NCBI RefSeq assembly: GCF_006345805.1 | Contig: NC_042998.1 | Span: forward strand, 85,932,001-85,996,000 | From: Octopus sinensis | Taxonomy: Eukaryota | Direction of reading: 5' to 3' | DNA length: 64,000 nucleotides | Shown here: piece by piece, positions 1-11,925 of the stretch | Layout of the letters: each line of letters opens with the position of its first letter | Position numbering within the stretch: position 1 is the first letter of the stretch | Made by a program: the position numbers and the translations under genes | The notes under the pieces: generated by a model | Seen by the model: only the letters and a program-made list of their open reading frames with translations | Database searches by the model: none | What the model was told of the DNA's origin: nothing

Positions 1-381
1 AAGCTATCAAAGATGGTGACATTAGCAATAATATCACACTAAGTGTACACATATCTGAATCTCACAAACTAAGCAGCAAAAAGGTTAGTGAGATGTGTGA
101 AACTGGTGTTTAGCTTTTAAGATGTCATCGATGTTTACTTTGGAATTACTGCATCCAACCAAGAGAATTGCTTTCAAATGTTTATCAGTCAACCTCAGCC
201 GATGTGCTGACTTCACATACTTCATTTTTGAAAATGTTTGCTCATAGACATAAGTTGTTCTTAACACTGATGCCAACTCTCATTGCAGGTACTTACACAA
301 AAGGTGCAGGGCAGCAGTGGGCTGGATGAACTGATCTCACAGGCTGAATCCAGCCCATGGGCTGTAGTTTGGTGACACCTG
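1..381 (-). mobile_element. Internally deleted hAT (Charlie/SPIN-like) DNA transposon: 5' terminus joined to the transposase C-terminal dimerisation region
   Basis: ORF 85..276(-) TTYVYEQTFSKMKYVKSAHRLRLTDKHL matches the hAT C-terminal motif STYxCEQxFSxMKxxKSxxRxRLTDxHL. 345-381 reads CAGGTGTCACCAAACTACAGCCCATGGGCTGG on the minus strand, a CpG-decayed Charlie-type terminus. The left part runs off the window. Confidence 0.8.
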
Positions 382-469
382 GTCTAAGGTATGACTACAA
401 ATTAGAACTGCTTTAGACAGTAACAATTCGTCTAGCCCATATGGCAAAGAAAAATATGTGTAAATGGTA

Positions 470-600
470 ACAATGATATTGATGATTATGATGATTATGA
501 TGATTATGATGGTGATGATGATGATGATGATGACAATGGTGATGACAATGATGACAACAACTATGACGACAATAACATCAATGATAACAATAATGATGAA
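470..600. repeat. (GAT/GAC/AAT)n trinucleotide microsatellite
   Basis: Directly visible. It explains the Ile/Val-rich spurious ORF 337..633. Confidence 0.95.
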
Positions 601-1004
601 TATGATAAGACCAAATGAATTTAATGACTGCAATGAATAGTAGCTACTTCACCTTAAAATGTTTTGAAGCAATTACTCTTTAAAAGTGTCAACACAAGTA
701 TTTTATTTTCAATTGTTAATAAGCAAGGCGTGAATACAAATTTCATTTTAATATATGTTATGAAGTAAAACTTGTTTTACTTTTCTTTTCTATTTATAAA
801 ATTGTTTAGACCCAAATACAAGTTAACACAAACAATAATATGAATAATTTTCCTTTTTATAGAAATTTTAGATATATATTTTTTGACAATAGAGGAAAAA
901 TTCAAGAACATAAAGTCATATAGTTCATTTGTGTGTTTCACATTTTATACACTATTTATAGACATTGTACACTGTCATTTAAAATATGAGGAGTTTCGTT
1001 TGTA

Positions 1005-1392
1005 TAACATCCATTTTTTGCTGCTAGCATAGGTTTGATGGGGAGTTATTGGAGGCAGGAATTTTTGGTTAGATGCTCTTCCTGTTGCCAACCTTTATCT
1101 ATTTTCTAAATAAAAGATAATTTTTGAATTTCACTAGCCTTTGAAAGTGTGGAGCAACAGGTCATAATGTCAAAATGGGATGGAGACATCATTCGTCACT
1201 TTGCTCAACAGAAGCCATAGGATGCTGACATTCACGCATTCACATACACACACACACACACTCACACACACGATGGGCTTCTTACAGTTTCTGGCTATCA
1301 AATTCACTCCCAAACCCTTTTTTGGTCCCATGCTGTAGTAGATGGTATTTTCCACCCAGGGGAACTTGAACCTAAGCACACAGCTATGCCTG
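1005..1392 (-). mobile_element. Decayed tRNA/CORE-type SINE with an RTE-derived 3' tail
   Basis: Head remnant near 1300-1390 and an internal (CA)n. The tail (minus strand: ggttggcaacaggaagagcatc...atgctagcagcaaaaaatggatg) resembles the RTE 3' end at 11940-12080. Confidence 0.6.
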
Positions 1393-1423
1393 CACCTAAT
1401 TAAAATGATTTCCTAAAATTTCT

Positions 1424-1680
1424 TTGCAGTCAACACATACAACAATTGCAGTTTCAACTACCAACATTGGCAGTGAAACATGGGTTGTGACTGCTGAGGA
1501 CATGCTTAAGCTTGAAAGAAATGAAGCCAGTATGCTCCGCTGGATTTGTAATATCAGTGCATATACAACAGAGTGTAAGCGCCCTGAGAGAAAAGTTGGA
1601 CTTAAGAAGCATCAGATGTGATATGCAAGAGAAACGATTGCACTGGTATGGTCATGTGTTGCAAATGGATGAGGACAGCA
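1424..1680 (+). mobile_element. RTE LINE fragment (post-RT region)
   Basis: GSETWVVTAEDMLKLERNEASMLRWICN and REKLDLRSIRCDMQEKRLHWYGHV are close to the C-terminus of the 8390-11506 ORF. Confidence 0.85.
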
Positions 1681-4600
1681 CTCAAATGGTGCTTTTTACT
1701 TGCCCCTGGTACAGGTACCAGTCAGGCAGCTCTGGCATCAGCCATGACAACTATTTCACTCAGTTCAACAGGTCTTCACAAGCACAGCATATCAACCTAC
1801 AATTCAATACTATGATCTCACATGGCTTGCTGTGTTTTTTCAAGCATGGCATATCTCCAAAGGTCTCAGTTGCTTGTCATTGCCTCTGTCAATCCAATGT
1901 TCGAAGGTTATGCTTCACCACCTATTCCGCAGGTTCCCTCCACTGTTAGGGTGTGACACTTCTTCACTCAGCTGTCCTCGTCCATATGCATCACATGACC
2001 ACACCAGCACGGTCGTCTCTCTTGCACACCACATTTGATGCTCCTTGTGTCCAACTTCTCTCTTGGGGCACTTACACTTTGTCATGCATGCACTCTGACA
2101 TTACACATCCAGTGGAGTATACTAGCTTCATTTCTTTCAAGCTTAAACATGTCTTCAGCAGTCACAGCACATGTTTCCCTGCTGTGTAGCATGGCTGTTT
2201 GCATACAGGCATCATACAGTCTACCTTTCACTCTGAGAGACGTTTTGTTATTATCAGAGGTAGGATCTCTCTGAACTTTGCCCAGCCTATTCTTAATCTA
2301 GCAACTACACTCTCAAAGCGTCCATCCTTGCTACTGAGAAGGTCACCTACAGAAGCTATCAACTACTTCTAGTTTTTTTTTCCTGGCATCTAATGGAACC
2401 TGTTTTCTGTACATTTTCAGTGTTTATTGCACCTGCGCATCTTCCACACACAAAAAACTATCTTAAACTTCTTCTGATATTGCTGCACCTTTTATGTGTC
2501 CATACCTTACACTAGTTACATCTTAAAGAGTTTCTACCTGCACCTTTTCAACAGATCAAGCAGGGCCATCTACATGAGGTGATTTGTGATTTGTCTGTCT
2601 TCCTACTTACTAAGACTTTGGTTTTTGCTAGGTTAATTCTAAGGCCTTTTGATTCTAGACCTTGATTCCACACCTGAAACTTCTTCACTGGTTCTGGTAG
2701 TGATTCAGCTATTAGAGCAAGGTCATCAGCATAGAGGAACTCCCAAGAGCAGCCTGTCTTGAATTCCTCTGTTATTGCCTGGAGGACTATGATGAACAAG
2801 AGGGGGATGAGGACTGATCTTTGGTGAACCCCTACTTCTATCCTGAATTCTTCTCTATACTCGTTGCCAATGCTCACTTTACTGACAGCATCCCTGTACA
2901 TGCCTTGTACAGCTCTCACCAACCACTCATCTATCCCTAATCAACAAAAACCAAGTGCAGAAGTTTATCGTTGGTTATATATTCCTCCTGCAGCTGTCTT
3001 ACTAGAAATATAGCACCAGTGATACCTCTCCCTGGCACAAAACCAAGCTGCATCTCATCTAAACTCTCTCCCTAATTAGTTTGGCTATGACCTTCTTTGT
3101 GAATTTCATTTCCCGATCCCACAATTTGATACTTCTGTAATTATTTCTATTTAAGGCGTCACTTTTACTTTTGTAGCAGTTGACTGTGGTGCTGCTACAT
3201 CAGTCATTCGGTATGACTGCTTCATGAATCACCTGGTTAACTATATGGGTGACTAGACTATAGCCTACACTCCCAAATATTTTAAGCATCTCAGAAGTGA
3301 TTCCTGATGGGCCAGGGGCTTTTCCTGACTTCATACTCTTAATTGTTTTATCTACCAAGGTACTGTCAATTCAGATAGTTGGTCACTCTGTTGGGTTGAC
3401 ATCTGGCAGACTATCTGTCTCCCATTTTTCTCTTCATTTAGCAACCTTTCATAGTAGCATCTCCAGGTCTCTCTCTTTGCAGTATCATTAAAAGCAAGTG
3501 AGCTATCATTCATGCCAACAAATGTCTCTCCTATGTCATCCTGATTTTCTCTCATACACAGTCTTGCAATTTGAAATACTTCAGTTCTTTGTTCCTCACA
3601 ATGCAGAACATTGGCAAATTTCTTCTTATCTGCTTCCCCTTTGGCTAAGTAAACCTGTCTCCTAGTTCTCCTTCTGGCTATCTGATACAGTTCTCTGCTA
3701 CCACCAAACCTCCAGTCCTTTCATGCCTGTTTCTTTTCCCTAATGGCCCTGTCAACTACATTTTTCCACCACCATGTCACCTTAGGTCGAGAGGGGACTT
3801 GACACTAGCCATAGATCTGGTCAGTAGCCCTCACTAGGTTGTCTCATAGGGATCTCCATTTGTCCTCTACACTGTGATGTTATATCCTCCTCTTTTTCTT
3901 CAAAATCTTCAAGTACGTCTCTAAGTCTTTGTATCTTTGTCCATTCAGAGGACCCTTAAGCTTCCAGACTCTCCTTTTCCACATTGGTCGTCTTCTGGGC
4001 GGCCATTTAGCCCTGATCCTGAAGTTACTAACTACTAACCTATGTTGCGGGGTGCATTCTTCACCTGGGAAAGTTTTGGCATTTATAAGTAGCCATCTTT
4101 CTTGATCTGGTGAGAATGTAGTCAATCTGATTAGTGTACCCACCAGACTGGTGGATGAACAGGTAACTGGCAGGTTTCTTGAAGTTAGTATAATAGATCC
4201 TAAGATCATTTGCATCACAGAACTCCAGTAGCCTGGTTCCCTCCTCATTGCGGGAACCGAATCAGTTGCTACCATGCATATCATGGAAGCTCCCTGGGTG
4301 TTGTCCAACACGCCCATTGAAGTTGCCAGCCACAAAGAGATGGTCCCTGGCATTCGTCGATGAGGTAGTCTGCAAGAGGGTGTCATAAAATCGGTCTTTC
4401 TGTTCATCAGGTAGCCCTAGCTGAGGGGTATAGACTGAGATAATGGTTGCTATTCCATGTTGCAGCACTAGTCTAAGCTTATGTATTCTGTCACAAACTC
4501 TGACTACCACAATTACCTTATCAGCCCATTTCTCAGCAAGGAGTATACCCATGCACCTAACCCTATTACTGTTCCATACTCAGAAAATCTTATACCTATG

Positions 4601-4785
4601 TTCTTTGCCTGTGAGGAACCTAACAGAACCTCCTCTCCACCTTACCTCTTGGATGCAACACAAATCTACATGCCTCCGTTCAAGCACCTCAACAATGTCA
4701 CAAGACCTACCTTTCAATGTGCCAACAATAAGTGTGCCAACTCTGAGGGTGTGGAAGGTGTGTGCTGGCAAAACTCTAGGATGGA
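1681..4785 (-). mobile_element. Near full-length but decayed RTE LINE (EN + RT + 3' UTR)
   Basis: Minus-strand ORF pieces 4580..4828, 4262..4552, 3880..4407 and 2548..2922 (FLYADDLAL) are colinear with the 8390-11506 protein, with many stops and frameshifts. The 5' end abuts (TA)n. Confidence 0.92.
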
Positions 4786-4823
<38 letters not shown>

Positions 4824-5644
4824 CACAATATTCACTACCTTGTAGGTGGGTATATGTACAAATATGTATATGGTGTGGGTAAGGATACCTACTAACTTAT
4901 TTTTTCTGCTTGTTTCAAAAAAACTAGATGGTAATAAATTAACTTTAAATGGATGCTTATTCGAGTATAGAATGGGACCAGTTATTTTGTCAGGAGAGAC
5001 AGAGAGTAATTTAGATCCTTTAAAGAAACAAAGAAACAGTTGATAGTACTGAAATGGTCAGTCTTCACCTTATCATTTCTAAAGGCTTGATTGTATTCTT
5101 CATTTTATTCTTCAGTCTGTTTAGCATTTTCTTCCTTATAATCTGACCATTAAGGTAGAATGGTAATTTATAGTCAACCTGACTCTTTTCTTTTGTCTAT
5201 TTCTTCATATATTTTGTATTTTGATTCTGATTGTATTTTGTCTGTCGCTATCTATGGGTTTAGTTAAGCCTGTAAACTGCTGAAAATGACACATCACCTT
5301 GGGTATGCATTCTCACACTGCCTAAAATAAAGAGAGGATCTAACAACTATCTGAGGAGGTGCATCTTATACCTTGGATGTATAAGAAAGATCGCACAAGA
5401 TCTCACCAATGCACTACAGGTGTAAAAATGTGTTGAAACAATTGTAGTGATTTTAAATAAAGAATGCAATTAATTTCATTTGCCATCAGATATCCATCAC
5501 TCTATTTACTGGATTTCAACTGAATTGGACTATATGTTACATCACTTTATTTTGTCTTGATTTACTATGTCATTTGTAGCCAGATCCATTAAAGAATTTT
5601 TTTTTATGAGCATCACCAGATTAGTTAAATCCATATATTGTCCA

Positions 5645-5722
<78 letters not shown>

Positions 5723-5774
5723 TATATACATATATATATATGTACATATATATGTATGTATAATAATATAAGAG

Positions 5775-5872
5775 AATTATTTGGTTGCCATAATAAGACT
5801 CCGAGTTTTGGATGTTTTGATTGCCTTTATAGCATCCGAAACTCAGAGTCTTATTATGGCAACCGAATAATT
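5775..5872. repeat. About 40-bp-arm hairpin between (TA)n tracts; right arm contains half of a hammerhead motif
   Basis: aattatttggttgccataataagactccgagttttggatg pairs with catccgaaactcagagtcttattatggcaaccgaataatt (1 mismatch, 2 G-U). Confidence 0.85.
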
Positions 5873-5958
5873 GTCACATATTATATTACAGATAAATTCC
5901 TCTATTTACATAATATTGAGGTCTCATCCATTCTTTTGTTGTCTTACCATTACTATTA

Positions 5959-5992
<34 letters not shown>

Positions 5993-6036
5993 TATATATA
6001 CATATATATATGTATATATATGTATATATGTATATA

Positions 6037-6945
6037 CGTGGGCGTACCCAAAAGTAACCAAAAACGTTCTCTGTGAGACTGACCCATTGCAGTTCCGGCT
6101 TCTGCCACTGGAAGCCACTTGATACAACCCTCAGACATCAGTCTGTTGACCAGTGTCATCAAGTGTGGTCATACTGCCACATGGTGTATCTTTGTTTTGC
6201 AGTTCTCCTAACCAGTTTGTTGATTTTTGCGATGGCTGAAATGAAGGAACAGCATGCTTCCATGAAATTCTGTTTTCTGCTGGGGAAAACAGCAGCCAAA
6301 ACAGTTGTCATGCTTTAAACAGCTTACAAGGATGCTGCCTTGGGCAAAACATGAGTTTACATGTGGTTTCCATGCTTTAAGAATAGTCGCTTGTTGCTTG
6401 AAGACTACGCTCATTCAGGATGACCGTCAACCTCCTGAATGGATGAAAACATCATGAAAATTCATGAACTCATCTTAGAGGACTGTTACCAAACAATTGA
6501 TGAAGTTGTTGATATTATTGGTGTGTCCTGGAGCTCCTGCCAACAAATTTTGGGTGAGGAATTGCAAATGAAAAAAGTTGCAGCAAAATTTGTGCCTTGC
6601 TTGTTTATGGAACATCAAAAGCAGTCACGACTGAATATGTGTTGCGAACTGAAAGAACAGTTGGAAGTTGATCTGGACCTTTTTTCAAAGTTCATCACTG
6701 GTGATGAGAGCTGGTGCTATGGAATTTGCAGATGTGGAAGAGGTGAAAAAAGAAGAAAATGAAGGCATTAAAAGACATCACTTTGCAAAGAGTTCCAGCA
6801 CTGCTTCAAACAGTAGAAAATGTGTCTGTACTGATGCATTGCTTGCAATGGTAAATACTTTGAATGTGATAAAAGCGTAAACATGTAAAACTAATTGAAT
6901 AAAATAGCATCATAAATTTCTGGTTTCTTTTGGGTACCTCCCTCA
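6037..6945 (+). mobile_element. Internally deleted mariner (Tc1/mariner) element
   Basis: TA-flanked imperfect TIRs (cgtgggcgtacccaaaagtaacc / ggtttcttttgggtacctccctca). Transposase remnants MAEMKEQHASMKFCFLLGKTAAKT, KKVAAKFVP and FITGDESWCYG, then a jump to the C-terminus. Confidence 0.9.
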
Positions 6946-7035
6946 TATATGTATATATGAGTATATACATATTTTCTTTTTATCATGTTGAATCATTAAT
7001 CTCTACACGTTTTTTTTCTCTCTCCATTTTTTTCT

Positions 7036-7332
7036 CTCCGAGACTGGACTGGCTTCTGTGCAGGTGGCACATAAAAAGCACCATTGAGCGTGGCCGTTGC
7101 CAGTACCACCTGACTGGCTCTCGTGCCAGAGGTACATAAAAACAGCCACTACACTCTCGGAGTGGTTGGCGTTAGGAAGGGCATCCAGCTGTAGAAACTC
7201 TACCTAATCAGATTGGAGTGTGGTGCAGCCATCTGGTTTGCCAGACCGCAGTCAAATCGTCCAACCCATGCTAGCATGGAAAGTGGATGTTAAACGATAA
7301 TAATGATGATGATATGATGATGATGATGATGA

Positions 7333-7333
<1 letters not shown>
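7036..7333 (+). mobile_element. 5'-truncated RTE 3' tail
   Basis: Matches 11820-12097 and ends in cccatgctagcatggaaagtggatgttaaacga plus (GAT)n. Confidence 0.85.
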
Positions 7334-7392
<59 letters not shown>

Positions 7393-7417
7393 GTATGTAT
7401 GCATGTATGTGTGTATG

Positions 7418-7468
<51 letters not shown>

Positions 7469-7617
7469 TCAAAATAAGCAACAAGGATATCCAAAGGTAG
7501 TGTAGTACGATCGTTTCATGCTACTTCATTTAATTAAACAAGGTAAGTATTACACCAGTTTTAAAATGTAGAGCATTGTACTACACTACCTTTGGATATC
7601 CTTGTTGCATATTTTGA
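7469..7617. repeat. About 40-bp-arm hairpin element; minus strand carries half of a hammerhead motif
   Basis: tcaaaataagcaacaaggatatccaaaggtagtgtagtac pairs with gtactacactacctttggatatccttgttgcatattttga. The minus strand has agcat-GAAA-CGATCGT-A-ctac. Confidence 0.85.
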
Positions 7618-8389
7618 TTATAATTACCCCATTTGATTTATATGGATAATACCATACCAAATTCTAGTACCTTTAACTTAAGTACCATATTCATCTGAAT
7701 CTAAATTTTTGCTGAACTTATATACTTATATATATATATATATATATATAACTAACCCTGTCCCTCTCCCTATGTTTCTATTATGCCCCCGTCTTTCGAT
7801 AACCACCATCGCCATATATAAACTAGCGCACGCAAATCGGTCACCCCACTCGCTTTCAACTCCACCACTACGAACGCACAGCTCATGAACGGCTAAAGCT
7901 AAGATTTCTTCTTTCAACCTCGCTTTCTCCTACCCTTTGCACGTATAATCATTATTCTTTCATTGTTCTTCAATTTTTCTCTCATATTATTCTTTCCTCT
8001 CATCATATCATTCTTTCAGTTTTCAACATGCCATTCATGTAATGTAATGTTTTTCGTTTAGTCTTGTCTCCCTGTTGCTCCCGTTTCATAGCCACTTATC
8101 GGTCCCCCTAAAATTTGACTTTCTCAGATTTTTCAAACCTACTTTCTTGCTCTCACGATTAACAGAATCCTCTTGCTAGTTTGGGGTGCACCCGCCCACC
8201 CACCCCCTCCACACATGCCGGAAGTTCCTATTCTTTGTCATCCCTGGGTTGCTTCCCTTGAAGACTGCAAATGCTCTTTCACCATCCCTACCCCTAGTTT
8301 TGACCTATGTAAGGTCATGTTCATACAGTGCAAAATATGAATGGGTAGTGTTATGCAGATTGAATTGAAGGCTACTGTATTACTTGCTC

Positions 8390-11300
8390 ATGAATTCTGC
8401 CAAATGCAAGCTTTCTTTTCAGGTACATGAAGCTACTGTCCACCGTCACAGGGTCTCTAGGGCCCATACCTTCCACACCCTCAGGGTTGGCACCCTCAAC
8501 GTTGGCACACTGAAAGGTAGGTCTGGCGAGATAGTCGAGATGCTTGAACGGAGATGTGTGGATATATGTTGCATGCAAGAAGTAAGGTGGAGAGGAGGTT
8601 CTGCTAGGTTCCTCACAGGCAAGGAACACAGGTACAAGATTTTCTGGGCAGGGAACACTGATGGGGTTGGTGGCGTGGGTATACTTATCGCTGAGAAATG
8701 GGTAGATAAAGTAATTGAGGTAATCAGAGTATGTGACAGAATACTTAAGATTAGATTAGTGCTTCATCATGGATTAGCAACCATTGATTCGGCCTATGCT
8801 CCTCAGCCGGGGTTAGCCGATGGACAGAAAGACCGATTCTATGACACTCTACTGCAGACTACCTCGTTGACGAATGACAGAGACCTTCTCTTTGTGGCTG
8901 GTGACTTCAATGGTCACATTGGACGACATGCTGGGGGCTTCCATGGCGTACATGGAGGCTATGGCTATGGTTCCCGCAACGAGGAGGGAACCAGGCTGCT
9001 GGAGTTCTGCAATGCAAATAATCTTATGATTTGCAACACTAACTTCAGGAAACCTACCAGCCACCTTGTCACCTACCGATCGGGCCAACATACCAGCCAA
9101 ATTGACTACATCCTTGCCAGGCAAAGGGAGAGATGGCTACTTATAAATGCCAAAACCTTCCCAGGCGAAGAATGTACCCCACAACATAGACTGGTAGTTA
9201 GTGACTTTAGGATCAGGACTAGGACAACCAGAAGACGACCAACATGGAGAAGAAGGATCTGGAAGCTTAAAGATCCTGCGAATGGACAGAGATTTAGGGA
9301 CATGCTACTTGAAGCCTTTGACGAAGTAGAAGGGGATAGAGTATCACATGGGGTAGAGGGCAACTGGACGTTTCTAAGGGACAACCTGCTGAGAGCCACT
9401 GACCAGATCTGTGGCTGGTGCAAAGTCCCCTCTCGTCCCAAGGTAACGTGGTGGTGGAACAGTGTTGTAGACAGGGCTATTAGAGAAAAGAGACAGACTT
9501 GGAAGCACTGGAAGAATGGTGGTAGCAGGGAATTGTATCAGACTGCTAAGAGGGAAGCTAGGAGACAGGTCTATCTAGCCAGAGGGGAAGCAGATAAGAA
9601 AAAATTTGCCAATGTTCTGCGCCATGAGGACCAAAGACTGGAGGTGTTTCGCGTTGCAAGACAGTGTGTGAGAGAGAATTGTGATGTGGTAGGAGAGAAG
9701 TGTGTTCGCATGGAAGATGGTTCACTTGTGCTAAATGAGGATGCAAAGAGAGAGGCTTGGAGACACCACTATGAAAGGTTGCTGAATAAAGAAAATGAAT
9801 GGGATAAAGAGAGTCTGCCGAATGTTGACCCAACAGAGGGACCAGCTATCAGGGTTGATAGTTCCTTGGTAGTTAAGGCAATTAGAAGCATGAAGACAGG
9901 GAAAGCCCCAGGCCCATCAGGTATCACTGCAGAGATGCTCAAAATATCTGGTAGTGTCGGCTATAGCCTAGTCACTCGTATAGTTAATCAGGTGATACAC
10001 GAAGGAGTCATACCCAATGATTGGTGTAGCAGCATAATAGTCAACTGCTACAAAGGTAAAGGTGATGCCCTAGATACAAATAATTACAGAGGTATCAAGC
10101 TGTTGGATCAGGTGATGAAGGTTACAGAGAGGGTCATAAGCCAACTAATTAGAGAGAGAGTTAGTTTAGATGAGATGCAGTTTGGGTTCGTGCCAGGGAA
10201 AAGTACCACTGATGCTATATTCCTGGTAAGGCAGCTGCAGGAGAAATACCTAGCCAAAGATAAGCCCCTGTACCTGGCTTTTGTTGACATGGAGAAAGCC
10301 TTCGACAGGGTCCCCCGATCCCTCATCTGGTGGTCAATGAGGAAACTAGGGATAGATGAATGGTTAGTGAGAGCTGTGCGAGCCATGTACAGGGACGCTG
10401 CTACTAAGGTGAGGGTTGGCAATGAGTACAGTGAAGAATTCCGGGTAGAGGTAGGAGTCCACCAAGGCTCAGTCCTCAGCCCCCTCCTATTTATCATAGT
10501 CCTCCAGGCAATAACAGAGGAATTCAAGACAGGATGCCCCTGGGAGCTCCTCTATGCTGATGACCTTGCTCTAATTGCTGAGTCACTATCAGAACCGGAG
10601 AAGTTTCAGGTGTGGAAGCAAGGTTTAGAATCGAAGGGCCTTAGAGTCAATCTAGCTAAAACCAAAGTCGTAATAAGTAGGAAGGTAGACAAATCACAAA
10701 CGCCTTCAGGTAGATGGCCCTGCTCGATCTGTAGAAAAGGTGTAGGTAGAAACTCTATAAGATGCACCAAGTGTAAGCTATGGACACATAAAAGGTGCAG
10801 CAATGTCAAAGGAAGGCTAACTAGGAAGATGGTTTTTGTATGTGGCAGATGCTCGGGAGCATTAACCTCTGAAAATCTGCAGAAAACAACTTCCGTCACT
10901 TTCCAGGGGGAAAAACTAGAAGTAGTTGATAGCTTCCGTTATCTTGGTGACCAAGTCAGTAGTGGGGGTGGGTGTGCTGAAAGTGTAATGGCTAGAGTAA
11001 GAATAGCCTGGGCAAAGTTTAGGGAGCTCTTACCTCTGCTGGTGACTAAAGGCCTCTCGCTCAGAGTAAAAGGCAGACTGTATGATGCATGTGTACGAAC
11101 AGCCATACTACATGGCAGTGAAACATGGGCTGTGACTGCTGAGGACATGCGTAAGCTCGCAAGAAATGAAGCCAGTATGCTTCGATGGATGTGTAATGTC
11201 AGTGTGCATGCTCGACAGAGCGTTAGTACCCTGAGAGAAATGTTGGACCTAAGGAGCATTAGTTGTGGTGTGCAAGAGAGACGATTGTGCTGGTATGGTC

Positions 11301-11506
11301 ATGTGGCGAGAATGGATGAAGATAGGTGTGTGAAAAAGTGCCAATCCCTAGCAGTGGAGGGAACCCATGGAAGAGGTAGACCCAGGAAAACTTGGGACGA
11401 GGTGGTGAAGCACGACCTTCGAACTTTAGTTCTCACTGAGGAAATGACCAGCGACCGAGACCTTTGGAAATATGCTGTGCGTGAAAAGACCAGGCAGGAC
11501 AAGTGA
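8390..11506 (+). CDS. RTE ORF: AP-like endonuclease + reverse transcriptase with internal C4HC3 (PHD-type) finger, 1038 aa from first ATG
   Basis: EN motifs TLNVGTL, MQEVR, GDFNGH, SQIDYIL and QHRLVV. RT motifs AFVDMEKAFDRV, HQGSVLSPLLF and LLYADD. Finger CSIC-x10-CTKC-x4-HKRC-x14-CGRC. No stop codon in the ORF track. Confidence 0.92.
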   Translation: MNSAKCKLSFQVHEATVHRHRVSRAHTFHTLRVGTLNVGTLKGRSGEIVEMLERRCVDICCMQEVRWRGGSARFLTGKEHRYKIFWAGNTDGVGGVGILIAEKWVDKVIEVIRVCDRILKIRLVLHHGLATIDSAYAPQPGLADGQKDRFYDTLLQTTSLTNDRDLLFVAGDFNGHIGRHAGGFHGVHGGYGYGSRNEEGTRLLEFCNANNLMICNTNFRKPTSHLVTYRSGQHTSQIDYILARQRERWLLINAKTFPGEECTPQHRLVVSDFRIRTRTTRRRPTWRRRIWKLKDPANGQRFRDMLLEAFDEVEGDRVSHGVEGNWTFLRDNLLRATDQICGWCKVPSRPKVTWWWNSVVDRAIREKRQTWKHWKNGGSRELYQTAKREARRQVYLARGEADKKKFANVLRHEDQRLEVFRVARQCVRENCDVVGEKCVRMEDGSLVLNEDAKREAWRHHYERLLNKENEWDKESLPNVDPTEGPAIRVDSSLVVKAIRSMKTGKAPGPSGITAEMLKISGSVGYSLVTRIVNQVIHEGVIPNDWCSSIIVNCYKGKGDALDTNNYRGIKLLDQVMKVTERVISQLIRERVSLDEMQFGFVPGKSTTDAIFLVRQLQEKYLAKDKPLYLAFVDMEKAFDRVPRSLIWWSMRKLGIDEWLVRAVRAMYRDAATKVRVGNEYSEEFRVEVGVHQGSVLSPLLFIIVLQAITEEFKTGCPWELLYADDLALIAESLSEPEKFQVWKQGLESKGLRVNLAKTKVVISRKVDKSQTPSGRWPCSICRKGVGRNSIRCTKCKLWTHKRCSNVKGRLTRKMVFVCGRCSGALTSENLQKTTSVTFQGEKLEVVDSFRYLGDQVSSGGGCAESVMARVRIAWAKFRELLPLLVTKGLSLRVKGRLYDACVRTAILHGSETWAVTAEDMRKLARNEASMLRWMCNVSVHARQSVSTLREMLDLRSISCGVQERRLCWYGHVARMDEDRCVKKCQSLAVEGTHGRGRPRKTWDEVVKHDLRTLVLTEEMTSDRDLWKYAVREKTRQDK

Positions 11507-11710
11507 GTCCAGCCCACTTATGCATACCTTTCCTCCCTTGGACACACAAAGACCTGTTGAGGCAAGCGAAGTCGATATCGAACCTCATCCGACGACAGGC
11601 AGCTTTGTTTGCGAAGACCTGTTGGGGCAAGTGAAATCGAAATCGGAATCGAAATTGAACCAATCCTATGACTGGCACCCGGCAGATGCCAGGACCCCTG
11701 GACTGGAGAT

Positions 11711-11925
11711 ACGTAAAAAGCACTATCCGAATCGTGGCCGATGCCAGCGCCGCCTCGACTGGCTTCCGTGTCAGTGGCACGTAAAAAGCACCATCCGAAT
11801 CGTGGCCGAAGCCAGTGCCGCCTCGACTGGCTTCCGTGCAGGTGGCACATAAAATGCACCAATCCGACTGTGGCCGATGCCAGCCTCGCCTGGCACCAGT
11901 GCAGGTGGCACGTAAAAAGCACCCA
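11711..11925 (+). repeat. Tandem 68/68/63-bp repeats in the RTE 3' UTR
   Basis: The acgtaaaaagcac motif (or a variant) recurs at 11711, 11779, 11847 and 11910. Confidence 0.9.

Noticed and set aside
5348-5400. CTGAGGA...GAAA near 5351
   Set aside because: Stems I and III cannot be formed. At most a very decayed relic.
7751-8390. HDV-like ribozyme in the RTE 5' UTR (known for some RTEs)
   Set aside because: I could not build the nested double pseudoknot by eye. A descriptor search is needed.
11711-11925. Regularly spaced repeats superficially like a CRISPR array
   Set aside because: Eukaryotic LINE 3' UTR tandem repeats. The intervening sequence is also repeated, with no unique spacers and no cas genes.
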